Shown piece after piece: positions 19,310-27,749 of a stretch of 38,912 nt of DNA. The notes below the pieces were generated by a model. It saw only the letters and a program-made list of their open reading frames with translations. It was not told the DNA's origin and made no database searches. How positions within the stretch are numbered: the stretch's first letter is position 1; every line of letters begins with the position of its first letter. This stretch comes from a virus (taxonomy: Duplodnaviria > Heunggongvirae > Uroviricota > Caudoviricetes): the IMG/VR virus record IMGVR_UViG_2740892107_000002; one strand, 5' to 3'. A program made the position numbers and the translations under genes.

Positions 19310-20131
19310 TTATCCTCTCAGTTCCTGTTGTGCCAGTGGCTGAAGCGTACCCTGATAGCGGGCCAGGTCGGGACGGTATGCTGCCCCCGGTGCATAAGAC
19401 CAGCCGACGTCGGTGATCACCTTCGTGGTGCCGGTATTAAAGGTGGCCACGTTCCGCATTTCGCCGGTTTTCTCTGAGACCAGTTTCAGTTCCTGGCCCA
19501 TGGCAGAGCCGGAGCTGATAACCTTCAGGCCACGGGCACGTACATCCGCCGCACTCAGGGCAATCACACTACAGCGGCAGCGCCAGCCGTTCGGCGGGTA
19601 AAATGCCTGCCAGAACGGGTCATCCCAGCGCAGCACCAGACCATGCAGCGCCAGATGGCTCCTGCGGGTATGGCTGTCGTTGATGCCGGTATACATCCAG
19701 TACGGCCTGTCGTCGACGTTTTCCATCTGTTCCGCCCAACGACCGGCGCTGTAGAGTACGGACATATTGGTGCGAAAGATGGTATCGAGCCGCCACGGAC
19801 TGCCCTGCTGAATGGTGACTGGCTCACCCGTTACCGGGTCAGTCGTGTCACGTGGTCCCCACCATCCCTTACGCTTCAGCACCGGCTCCAGCTCCTGCCG
19901 GAACCAGCGATCGGTTTTTCCTTCATCGACAGCCTGCTGCAGTGCCCCGCGAATATCTTCCAGGATATCCAGGCGGGTCACTTTAGCAACGGTAAAGGCG
20001 CGGGCATGGGCCTCCTGCCACATTTCTTCCCAGTCCCAGGTAATCTGATACCCTTTGGACTTCAGGTAGTTGATTGCCCGCTTCGGGGGAAGCGTCATGC
20101 AGTACGCCAGTTCAGCCGTTGTCACGCTCAT
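19310..20131 (-). CDS. head morphogenesis protein (Mu F-like, gp30)
   Basis: 273 aa immediately after the portal gene. Confidence 0.7.
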   Translation of the reverse strand: MSVTTAELAYCMTLPPKRAINYLKSKGYQITWDWEEMWQEAHARAFTVAKVTRLDILEDIRGALQQAVDEGKTDRWFRQELEPVLKRKGWWGPRDTTDPVTGEPVTIQQGSPWRLDTIFRTNMSVLYSAGRWAEQMENVDDRPYWMYTGINDSHTRRSHLALHGLVLRWDDPFWQAFYPPNGWRCRCSVIALSAADVRARGLKVISSGSAMGQELKLVSEKTGEMRNVATFNTGTTKVITDVGWSYAPGAAYRPDLARYQGTLQPLAQQELRG

Positions 20132-21608
20132 GCAGACGCCCCCGGATATTTGTCACAAAGAGAATGCGGGCCAGCCGCTCCTGCAGATCGTCCGTGTTCA
20201 TCTGAGGGTAGAGCTCCGCCAGTTCGCCCAGCAGCTCAGACGGGTTAACCCCATTTTCGACCCGCCTGAACAGAGGTGCCAGGACGGGTTCCAGCGTGCC
20301 ATTTAACGCGCCTCCGTTCATCAGAATGTCCAGCGCGTCGTCAAGCTGCTGCTGAGCCTGAATATCAGCATCAATCGCCTCGGCAAATGACAGCGGCAGC
20401 ATGTTATTCTGTCGTTCCGACGGTGGTGTCTCGTCAATATCGCCGTCCTGCAGTTGGTACTCACGCTTGAAGTACTGCGGGGTCAGACGCAGACCCGCCC
20501 GGGTGAGTTTTTCGTCGCGGGTGGCACGGGTGTCATCAATGGCCTCCTGTTCCCACATGGCCCAGACCGGACACGGCACATCGCCGAAGTTCAGGGTGAC
20601 CACCGTTCTGATGACCTGATTCACTGCCGCCTGAATGATGTCCGCATCCGCATCGCGGATATCAGCCGTTACCTCCAGCCCGGCCTGTGCAGAGGCCTTG
20701 TTACTGTTCGCTTCCGTGGTCTGATTCTGACCGAGTAATGCAATGGAGATCTCACTGCGTGACAGTGTGATCAGCTCGCGGAATACCTCGCTGCTGTCCG
20801 CCTTACCATCCGCGGCTTTGAGTTCGATGCTGCTGTCATCGGGGATGGCGGCCACCGCGTCCTCCACCATCTGCTCCATGGAGTCCAGCAGTTTTTCAAT
20901 CTCTGCATCATTTGCACCCCTCGGGTGCTTACCGATCACCCACGGGGAGCCAAACTTTTCGGCAAAGCGGAGCCAGAATTTCATCCCGCCTTTCTTGAAG
21001 GCGACCGGCCAGAAGCACATGGACAGGTCCGGGAAACCGTAAGGATTGTCATACGAGGCATCCTGTGCCGGCACCACGAATTTTGACGGTGACAGCAGCT
21101 CACCCTCCACACCCGCATCACGCGCCCGGAAGCGCAGGCAGTTGTCCGTATCAAACTGAAACCACTCAGGCGGTTTGCCGACAATATCCGTCACCGCCCA
21201 CGACCTGACCGAACGGCCCCACATGATTTCACAGGGCTGATACCCGTAGAGCACGGCATCGCTCATTTCACCGATGATGCGGGACAGATCCAGATCGTCG
21301 AGCATGTCGCGGATGAAACGGAAGACCCGGGCAGAGGCGTGACCACGCTCCAGTCCACGCTCCAGCGATTTAAGCGCTGCTTTACGTCTGCGGATACAGC
21401 CCCCGACCAGCGGGTCGGTGCGCAGTTCGCGGTAGATACGGATATCCCGTCCCTGAGCCTTGAGAATGGGATCAGGATTGGGCAGATACATGCCCAGTCC
21501 GTAAAAGTCGATCGCGCGGCTGCGGGAGGCAATCTGCGCGATCAGTGATTTCTGAGGCTCAGAAAAAGCAACAAATTCATCGGGTGAAACCCAGATACCC
21601 CTCGCCAT
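20112..21608 (-). CDS. portal protein (Mu gp29-like)
   Basis: 498 aa; start overlaps the terminase stop. Confidence 0.8.
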   Translation of the reverse strand: MARGIWVSPDEFVAFSEPQKSLIAQIASRSRAIDFYGLGMYLPNPDPILKAQGRDIRIYRELRTDPLVGGCIRRRKAALKSLERGLERGHASARVFRFIRDMLDDLDLSRIIGEMSDAVLYGYQPCEIMWGRSVRSWAVTDIVGKPPEWFQFDTDNCLRFRARDAGVEGELLSPSKFVVPAQDASYDNPYGFPDLSMCFWPVAFKKGGMKFWLRFAEKFGSPWVIGKHPRGANDAEIEKLLDSMEQMVEDAVAAIPDDSSIELKAADGKADSSEVFRELITLSRSEISIALLGQNQTTEANSNKASAQAGLEVTADIRDADADIIQAAVNQVIRTVVTLNFGDVPCPVWAMWEQEAIDDTRATRDEKLTRAGLRLTPQYFKREYQLQDGDIDETPPSERQNNMLPLSFAEAIDADIQAQQQLDDALDILMNGGALNGTLEPVLAPLFRRVENGVNPSELLGELAELYPQMNTDDLQERLARILFVTNIRGRLHERDNG

Positions 21609-23203
21609 CAGAATCCCTCCAGCATACGGGCCGCCTGACGACGACGGCGTGAGCTTGCCTTCACCGGCCCTTTGTTAATTTCACGGCTGGCGAAATACGC
21701 CAGCGCCAGTGCGATGGCTGAATCCCCGTGGCGTTTACCACCGTCAGCCTTTGCTTTTGAGCGTTGCTCCGGTACGCGGGGGACACCGTTCACCACCTGA
21801 ACGGCCCGCAGGTCATCCAGTGTGTCTTCATCCTTTGGTAAGTCCACCAGGTTGCCGTCTTCCAGTGCAGCTTTGACCGGAGGCATATGCTCCCGGTACC
21901 AGCCTTCGGTTGGCATCACCTGCTGAACCCGGCCGGAGCCGTAGCGCTGCATGGCGTATTCAGCCAGATAGGCACCATTACCACGGGCATCAAACGCTGC
22001 ACCCAGCAGACCGGGCAGGCCATCCATCAGATACCAGGTGATTTGCTCCTGCTGTCTGAACGGCACGTTACGCAGCTCCAGTACGAATGGCACGCGTCGT
22101 ACCAGGTTCTTCTCCTGCAGCAGGGGATAGTCCACCGACAAATCACCGCTACGGCCAAAGTCGCGCCCCAGGAAAGAGCGGGCATCAGTGGGGAGTGCCT
22201 CCAGCAATGGTTTCAGATACTCATCAAGCCAGTCCTGCGTCTCGCGGAAGCGAACCTCATCAGACAGCAGTTCATAACCTTCCTTGCAGGTCAGACGCAA
22301 TACCGGCGTATCAGCGGACATGCGGGACTCTATCAGGGCACGGGACAGCCAGGCACCGCCACCGTTGGCCGGAATACAGTCAAGCTCTTCGGATGCGCCG
22401 GCACCGTAGAATTTGTACACCGATGCCATCCAGGCCTGCTCGGATGCCTCCGACCATTCCTTCCCGGTGCGCAGACAGACGCGCCGGAACAGCCCCTCAG
22501 ATACGGCTTCCCGGAAAGTGATGCGATGTATGCTGCCTCCCTGACGTCCGGCACGGATATCCCCGATAAGCGTATTGAACGGATTGTCGTCACCGTCATG
22601 GGTGGAGATAACGCGTACCTTTCCCCCCCAGATAAGCATCGCCAGCGCCGCTTTCAGCAGTTCGTCCAGTTGCTCATGGAACGCCGCTTCGTCGATAACA
22701 ATAATACCCTGACGGCCACGCAGGTTAGACGGGCGGCTGGAGAGCGCAACAATACGAAAGCCGGAGTCAGGAAATTTGATGGTGTAAGTCCTGATGTGTT
22801 TGTCGTCGTCGTCCTCTTCCCAGAATCCTTCTTCAATTTCACTGGCCGCATAGTTGAATGCCCGTGCCCACATCGCACACGCCTGAATGTATTCGACGGT
22901 CATGTCCTGGTTATAAGCGATGTAATACACATTCATCCCGCCTGCTGGCGCAGAAGAGGCGGCGGTCAGTACGTTATCGGATGCCTCAGCCCATGTAATA
23001 CCGGTACGACGGCTCTTTTCTATCACCTTAAGCGGAGAGGTGTCTGCCACCCAGCGCTGCTGGTAAGGCAACAGAACGGGAGGGGCATCCAGCGCCGAGG
23101 TATCAGGCAAAACGGGAGCAAGGTTATTCCTCCCGTCCATGGGACTCATCCCTTCGGGGCCGCCGCCAGCGGCGTTTAAAATCACTCCGGATGATTTTGT
23201 CAT
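21608..23203 (-). CDS. terminase large subunit (Mu gp28-like)
   Basis: 531 aa; located between the gp27-like and portal genes. Confidence 0.8.
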   Translation of the reverse strand: MTKSSGVILNAAGGGPEGMSPMDGRNNLAPVLPDTSALDAPPVLLPYQQRWVADTSPLKVIEKSRRTGITWAEASDNVLTAASSAPAGGMNVYYIAYNQDMTVEYIQACAMWARAFNYAASEIEEGFWEEDDDDKHIRTYTIKFPDSGFRIVALSSRPSNLRGRQGIIVIDEAAFHEQLDELLKAALAMLIWGGKVRVISTHDGDDNPFNTLIGDIRAGRQGGSIHRITFREAVSEGLFRRVCLRTGKEWSEASEQAWMASVYKFYGAGASEELDCIPANGGGAWLSRALIESRMSADTPVLRLTCKEGYELLSDEVRFRETQDWLDEYLKPLLEALPTDARSFLGRDFGRSGDLSVDYPLLQEKNLVRRVPFVLELRNVPFRQQEQITWYLMDGLPGLLGAAFDARGNGAYLAEYAMQRYGSGRVQQVMPTEGWYREHMPPVKAALEDGNLVDLPKDEDTLDDLRAVQVVNGVPRVPEQRSKAKADGGKRHGDSAIALALAYFASREINKGPVKASSRRRRQAARMLEGF

Positions 23204-23745
23204 GTGGCAATCCCCAGAATCTCGCGACGAAGCGCCTGTACTGCGTCGCTTGACAGTCCCCCCTTACGGGCAATTTTCTCGGCGTTGCTGGCTGCCTGCT
23301 GCGCTCTGGCCCGTACTTCAGACTGGAACTTTTTGAGGTTGACGGACGCGCGGGACAGCGTAGCCACATTCTTCGCCACCTTCGACAGCAGGGCCACGCG
23401 TTCTTTAGGATCGACTTCGCCTTCTTCCGCCTCCTGCAACTGGACAATACTCTCGAACAGCTCGGTCTGAATAAGGGCTATCACAGCCTCCGAACGCGCA
23501 TCCTGATCGTCTGCTGCGCCTTCGGTCAGCATGCGGGCCGCTTCTGTTGCCGCACGGATAGCACCATAGCGGCGCTCAATCTTCTGTCCATAGCGATGGA
23601 TAGCGGATTTGCTGATGACGTACCCCCGCTCACGCAACAGTGACTCCAGCTCGTTATACCCGCTGAAGCCGGATTCAGTCAGCGCCCGTTCAAGCCAGCG
23701 GCGCACGTCTTCCGGCAGCTTTTCTATTGTGCTGCGTCTGGCCAT
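23200..23745 (-). CDS. Mu gp27-like protein (putative terminase small subunit)
   Basis: 181 aa, charged and helix-rich; directly precedes the large terminase. Confidence 0.65.
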   Translation of the reverse strand: MARRSTIEKLPEDVRRWLERALTESGFSGYNELESLLRERGYVISKSAIHRYGQKIERRYGAIRAATEAARMLTEGAADDQDARSEAVIALIQTELFESIVQLQEAEEGEVDPKERVALLSKVAKNVATLSRASVNLKKFQSEVRARAQQAASNAEKIARKGGLSSDAVQALRREILGIAT

Positions 23746-24056
23746 TATTCACTCCAGTACTTTTCCGGGCGGGCAATACCCGGACCACATTCCACGGTGT
23801 ATTCCACCAGGTCTACGCCGAGGCGGGTCAGGTCAGCAAACCAGTCGCCAGAAGGTTTTTTCTCCAGCTCAACCATTTTACGGTCAGCCAGATAATCCAG
23901 TTCGCGGCGCAGTTCCAGCGGTGTGGTGTCCGGGTAGATGGCACGGGACACATCCAGCAGCAGCGTCTCGCTGGCGGTGTAAGGGCGGGTCTTGTTCAGG
24001 GCAACCAGCAGACTCCAGCGCAGGGATTCGCGGCGTACCCGGGTAATATCGACCAT
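23745..24056 (-). CDS. hypothetical protein (Mu gp26 position)
   Basis: 103 aa, translationally coupled. Confidence 0.5.
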   Translation of the reverse strand: MVDITRVRRESLRWSLLVALNKTRPYTASETLLLDVSRAIYPDTTPLELRRELDYLADRKMVELEKKPSGDWFADLTRLGVDLVEYTVECGPGIARPEKYWSE

Positions 24057-24382
24057 TATTGACCTCCGGTATTGCGGTACTGCTGTACCACTTCCAGTTT
24101 GTTATAAAGCGCGTCCAGTTTGGCCTCAATGACTGTCTGGCCACGGATATAATCCTCTCGACGGACATAATTCAGCGGTAAATCCGCTTTAAATCGCATA
24201 AATTCTTTTTCCAGCTCGCCCCAGTTGGAGGCGGATTGTTGCAGGGCCTGTTCAAGGGAGGCGAATCGTGCCGCCTGGCGTTCTTCTGTTTTACTGAACA
24301 ACCATTTGGCGAGCCCTCCCACAAACCCCATGAAGGTGAGCAGAAAACTCACCACCGTCCAGAATTCAACCTGCAGTGTCAT
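24056..24382 (-). CDS. hypothetical membrane protein (N-terminal TM helix)
   Basis: 108 aa; hydrophobic N-terminus FWTVVSFLLTFMGFVGGLAKWLF; follows the spanin genes. Confidence 0.5.
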   Translation of the reverse strand: MTLQVEFWTVVSFLLTFMGFVGGLAKWLFSKTEERQAARFASLEQALQQSASNWGELEKEFMRFKADLPLNYVRREDYIRGQTVIEAKLDALYNKLEVVQQYRNTGGQ

Positions 24383-25029
24383 TTCTGTAATCCTTCCCGT
24401 TCATCCAGCAGCGCGTTTATCTGGTTCCGCCAGCGACGACATTGCCATGCGTTGTCGATGATGTTGGCGAGAACGTCACGCTGGGAGACACCCGAATCGC
24501 GTAACCGGGTGTCAGTGGTTTCAGGTTGCCCGGTCGCTGTGCCAGAGCGGGTGCCAGTGGCGGCAACTGAGTCTGAATGACCGGTGTCGACGGATGCGTT
24601 GTCATATCCGAGTGCGGCGTTGTACTGGCGCACGAAACCGCGAGTAAACACGCACTCAATGGGATGACTCTTACCTTTTTCATCAATCCAGCGCTGTGTG
24701 ACATCGTTAATTTGCCCCTGTAGTTGTTTGTTCCGGCTCTCCAGTTGAGCAATCTGCTCAAGATAACCGGCTTCAGCCCGCTGCCCGGCGGCCACCTGCT
24801 CCTGATACCGTCTGGCCCAGGCCCGCAGCGCAGCATTCTCAAGCGTTGCCTGCTCCGTTTTGTACGCGTCAAATGCTGACTGCAACTGACTTAGCGCGGT
24901 ATCACCGTCACGCTTTGCAGAGTCATGACCACTTCTGTATCCCATGGCATACAGGCCGACCAGAAAGGCATTGATAAGAATGGCCAGCAGAATGCCGCGC
25001 CACGGCAGCTTTTTAACCAGATGCCACAC
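24379..25029 (-). CDS. i-spanin (Rz-like)
   Basis: N-terminal TM segment (ILLAILINAFLVGLYAM) then coiled-coil periplasmic domain. GTG start at 25029 chosen to limit overlap with the endolysin; the track ORF extends to ATG 25131. Confidence 0.6.
   Translation of the reverse strand: MWHLVKKLPWRGILLAILINAFLVGLYAMGYRSGHDSAKRDGDTALSQLQSAFDAYKTEQATLENAALRAWARRYQEQVAAGQRAEAGYLEQIAQLESRNKQLQGQINDVTQRWIDEKGKSHPIECVFTRGFVRQYNAALGYDNASVDTGHSDSVAATGTRSGTATGQPETTDTRLRDSGVSQRDVLANIIDNAWQCRRWRNQINALLDEREGLQK
24417..24683 (-). CDS. o-spanin (Rz1-like lipoprotein) embedded in the +1 frame of Rz
   Basis: MKKVRVIPLSACLLAVSC...: signal peptide with lipobox-like AVSC, then proline-rich mature region; lies entirely inside the Rz gene. 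Confidence 0.5.
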   Translation of the reverse strand: MKKVRVIPLSACLLAVSCASTTPHSDMTTHPSTPVIQTQLPPLAPALAQRPGNLKPLTPGYAIRVSPSVTFSPTSSTTHGNVVAGGTR

Positions 25030-25753
25030 AACTGCTGCCTCCCCATGTGAGATATCGCGGTGCCAGTTCGCGCAGGATGCGCTGCGGATAATGGCGGTTC
25101 TCCCGCCAGCTGGCCGCATTGCGTCCGGCATTCACCGTGGCGACATGTCCGAACCAGCGGGTGCTGTCCAGACCTTTCTGTGATGCAAGCCGCCTGTCCC
25201 GTTGTACCCAGCCCAGACCACCGTTATAGCCCGACAGTGTCATGGCCATACGCTCGCAGTCACTGGCGGCGCTGACACGCTGCCACAGCCAGCGGTCATA
25301 GCTGACCAGCGCCCGGATAGCCCATGCCGGATTAAACGGCTCACGACTGCTCAGCATCGGTATCAACTGGCTTATCCAGTCGGCAGTGGCAGGCATGAAC
25401 TGCGCCAGTCCCTGAGCGCCAGCCGGCGAGATCGCATCAGGTCGCCAGCCGCTTTCCTGATGCAGTTGCGCGGCGAAATCGGCCACCGGCGCAGACAGTC
25501 CCCATTCAAGCCGGGCATTACGGATCACATCATCGCGATACTGCAGCGCAGCCTGCGGAGGTTGTGCTGCGCATGCCTGGCTGAAAAAGCCGCCACACCA
25601 GAGCAACATTGCGACAAAGAATACCCATGCCATATGAACCAGAAAGGTCCCGGCGCGGACTGACAGGCGTTCGGTTCTGATGAAGACCCGAAAGGCTTCG
25701 AAAGCCAGTTTCAGGGACATGCATACAATCCAGGTGATCTGCGGCCAGTTCAT
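25013..25753 (-). CDS. endolysin, lytic transglycosylase (SLT domain) with hydrophobic N-terminal segment
   Basis: 246 aa; ...LEWGLSAPVADFAAQLHQESGWRPDAISPAGAQGLAQFMPATA... is an SLT-type motif; N-terminal hydrophobic stretch suggests signal or SAR anchoring. Confidence 0.75.
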   Translation of the reverse strand: MNWPQITWIVCMSLKLAFEAFRVFIRTERLSVRAGTFLVHMAWVFFVAMLLWCGGFFSQACAAQPPQAALQYRDDVIRNARLEWGLSAPVADFAAQLHQESGWRPDAISPAGAQGLAQFMPATADWISQLIPMLSSREPFNPAWAIRALVSYDRWLWQRVSAASDCERMAMTLSGYNGGLGWVQRDRRLASQKGLDSTRWFGHVATVNAGRNAASWRENRHYPQRILRELAPRYLTWGGSSCVASG

Positions 25754-25755
25754 GA

Positions 25756-26106
25756 TTAAAGCCCCATCGCAACAGCCAGGCAGACCGCTGCAACAATCAG
25801 TGCACGGCGGATTAACGCAGCAGAAAACACCAGGTGAAGGCCGGTCTGTACCGGGAAACGCCCTTCAGCCATCAGCCTGTCGTCATGTTTCAGGTACTGA
25901 CCGGGACGGGCTTTGGGGAAGAGCGAACGGTCAAGCCAGTAACCCAGCACTGCTGCCAGCGTGATGAGTGCCAGCTTGTAGATCACAACAGGCAGCTGCT
26001 GTGGTGAGACCAGAGCGATGGTGCCCAGCAACAGCACTGAGGTCAGCAGCCAGCCGCTGAGGCGAGGTTTTTTAACAGGGGGAATGAATTTTTTCAGTTT
26101 TTTCAT
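25756..26106 (-). CDS. holin-like membrane protein
   Basis: MKKLKKF... with several predicted TM segments; AAGGAG 6 nt upstream of ATG 26106; first gene of the lysis cassette. Confidence 0.6.
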   Translation of the reverse strand: MKKLKKFIPPVKKPRLSGWLLTSVLLLGTIALVSPQQLPVVIYKLALITLAAVLGYWLDRSLFPKARPGQYLKHDDRLMAEGRFPVQTGLHLVFSAALIRRALIVAAVCLAVAMGL

Positions 26107-26119
26107 GTGTGTCTCCTTA

Positions 26120-26175
26120 TCTGGTGGAGACAGCATCACAAATACAGGGCGCGAAGGATTTTAAAGCGCGTTAAG
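26120..26175 (-). promoter_or_regulatory. candidate late promoter (Plys-like): TAAAAT -10 with conserved downstream CTGTCTCC box
   Basis: Minus-strand TTTAAAATCC-N-CTGTCTCC-N7-AAGGAG-ATG; same architecture and spacing as the element at 18653..18708; poor -35 suggests activator dependence. Confidence 0.5.
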
Positions 26176-26236
26176 AGAGCCGGGGATACGGGATGTGCAG
26201 GATAAACGATGAATTATTCACAGAGGAGAATACGAT

Positions 26237-26965
26237 ATGACGCAGACACTGAATCCGGTCATCACTGTCACCGTGTCCGGTCCTGTGGGCAGCGGTAAAA
26301 GTTACGTACTGGCGCGAATAGAGGAAGTGGTGAAACAGGAATTCGGAAACAGCGTCATTGTCGACGCCGCAGACGTGGACGGTGAGCGCCGTATGAGTGG
26401 GGATGATCTGAGCACATGGCAGAAACCACGGGCTGGCACAGTGATCAGGCTGGAGGAATACACGGGACAGGGCCTGTTGTCATACGGCGAGGAGCGTATC
26501 TGTCGGACGAATGAGCTGCTGGATGTTATATGCCCCACGGGCCGGCAACCCTGGATACTGCCCGATGCACTGCATGCCACCATTGCGGCACTGATGACAG
26601 TTTACGATCAGGAGCTGCTCATGAAGGAGTTACGTAAACTCACTGGTCAGTCAACAGAATGTTGTTCGTCCCCGAAGTACGGCAAACAGGAACACATCCC
26701 GATTAACCAGCCTCCCCGGTTCTTCGACGAATACCTTCTGACACCGGAAAATAAAGCTGAGCATGAAGAGATCAAAGCGGCGTTGTTCCGGGAAATCAGG
26801 AAGATTGCTGAAATGCAACTGGAGGGCGGGCTGGACAGAGTGATGGCGAGAGGAGAATGGGCATCGCTGTTTGAAAGAGTTTCCCCGGAATTACTTCCCC
26901 TCGCACTGGCTATCGGGATTATGCAGACAGCGGATAAACCTCACTTACGTTCATTAAACACGTAA
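26237..26965 (+). CDS. hypothetical protein with N-terminal P-loop (Walker A-like GPVGSGKS) motif; accessory gene
   Basis: 242 aa; ATG with GAGGAG upstream; opposite orientation to the flanking late genes; no family recognised. Confidence 0.6.
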   Translation: MTQTLNPVITVTVSGPVGSGKSYVLARIEEVVKQEFGNSVIVDAADVDGERRMSGDDLSTWQKPRAGTVIRLEEYTGQGLLSYGEERICRTNELLDVICPTGRQPWILPDALHATIAALMTVYDQELLMKELRKLTGQSTECCSSPKYGKQEHIPINQPPRFFDEYLLTPENKAEHEEIKAALFREIRKIAEMQLEGGLDRVMARGEWASLFERVSPELLPLALAIGIMQTADKPHLRSLNT

Positions 26966-27345
26966 CGCATAATCCGGGATACGCATTCAGCGATGACTGC
27001 ATTTTCACCGGTTTTTACTGCATCCAGAAGTGACTCTTTAAATGGTACGGGCCGGGGCTGCAGAAAGGTCGGCATGGCATTGAGCAGACAGAGCGTTTTT
27101 TCCGTGAGGACGACATCAGCCGCTCCCACAGCCAGCAACTGAGAGTAACGAATATAGCTGTTATCCCGAAGCCATATCAGCGTATCAATAAAACACCGGC
27201 ACTTTTTCTGGTCGTGATCAACCTGGTCCGGGATATCGAAAAAACCAGAATAAATCAAAACCTGAGGTGCCGGATGCGTGTTCAGTAATCGGCAGAATAT
27301 TTTGCCGGTGAGTACATAAAAATCATCATTTAAGGAGTGCATCAT
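26941..27345 (-). CDS. hypothetical protein (accessory, lower GC)
   Basis: 134 aa; ATG 27345 overlaps the divergent 71-aa ORF start by 2 nt; 3' end overlaps the P-loop gene convergently. Confidence 0.4.
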   Translation of the reverse strand: MMHSLNDDFYVLTGKIFCRLLNTHPAPQVLIYSGFFDIPDQVDHDQKKCRCFIDTLIWLRDNSYIRYSQLLAVGAADVVLTEKTLCLLNAMPTFLQPRPVPFKESLLDAVKTGENAVIAECVSRIMRYVFNERK

Positions 27346-27559
27346 GAATCCCCGATTAACGTTAACAGAACATCAGCGCCGTGCTGAAGCAGTGAACAAT
27401 GTTCTGGAAGATATTATCCGGTTATACCGCGGAGAACTGAGTGTCTGTCGTGCCGCTTTTCATTTTCAGGGAATACAAAAGCAGTTTGATACTTCTGTTT
27501 TTGCAGAAGGTATTACTTATGCCCTGGACCGGATAAGGTCAGAAAATCGCCCCGGATAA
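27344..27559 (+). CDS. hypothetical small protein (accessory)
   Basis: 71 aa; strong AAGGAG RBS 7 nt upstream of the ATG. Confidence 0.45.
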   Translation: MNPRLTLTEHQRRAEAVNNVLEDIIRLYRGELSVCRAAFHFQGIQKQFDTSVFAEGITYALDRIRSENRPG

Positions 27560-27615
27560 TCCCTAAACCACATTAACAGAAATCCCGCCATCCCTGCCGC
27601 ATCATGAAAGAACGA

Positions 27616-27643
27616 CCAGCCCGGCACCCGAAAGCCGGGCTGG
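27616..27643. other. 10-bp perfect GC-rich hairpin (CCAGCCCGGC-loop-GCCGGGCTGG) in an intergenic gap
   Basis: Inverted repeat between the 71-aa ORF and the methylase gene; possible terminator or RNA element. Confidence 0.3.
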
Positions 27644-27749
27644 TCATCGCCCCACAGGAATGCGCTGTGAGCCGACCAAGGTTCAGTCAGTCTCGCGAGA
27701 CCTGACCAGACTGCCATATTTTTTAATAATTGTAAAAGGCTTGCAGATT

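Noticed and set aside
21887-23179. 430-aa plus-strand ORF
   Set aside because: Lies antisense within the terminase gene; Arg/Gly/Pro/His-rich composition typical of a reverse frame; no RBS and no family resemblance.
26107-26139. Upstream ATG-ATG start for the holin-like gene
   Set aside because: This region contains the conserved CTGTCTCC box and the RBS for the downstream ATG at 26106.
27517-27717. 66-aa minus-strand ORF
   Set aside because: Overlaps the hairpin-containing intergenic region and the 3' end of the 71-aa gene; Trp/Phe/Gly-rich translation with no RBS.
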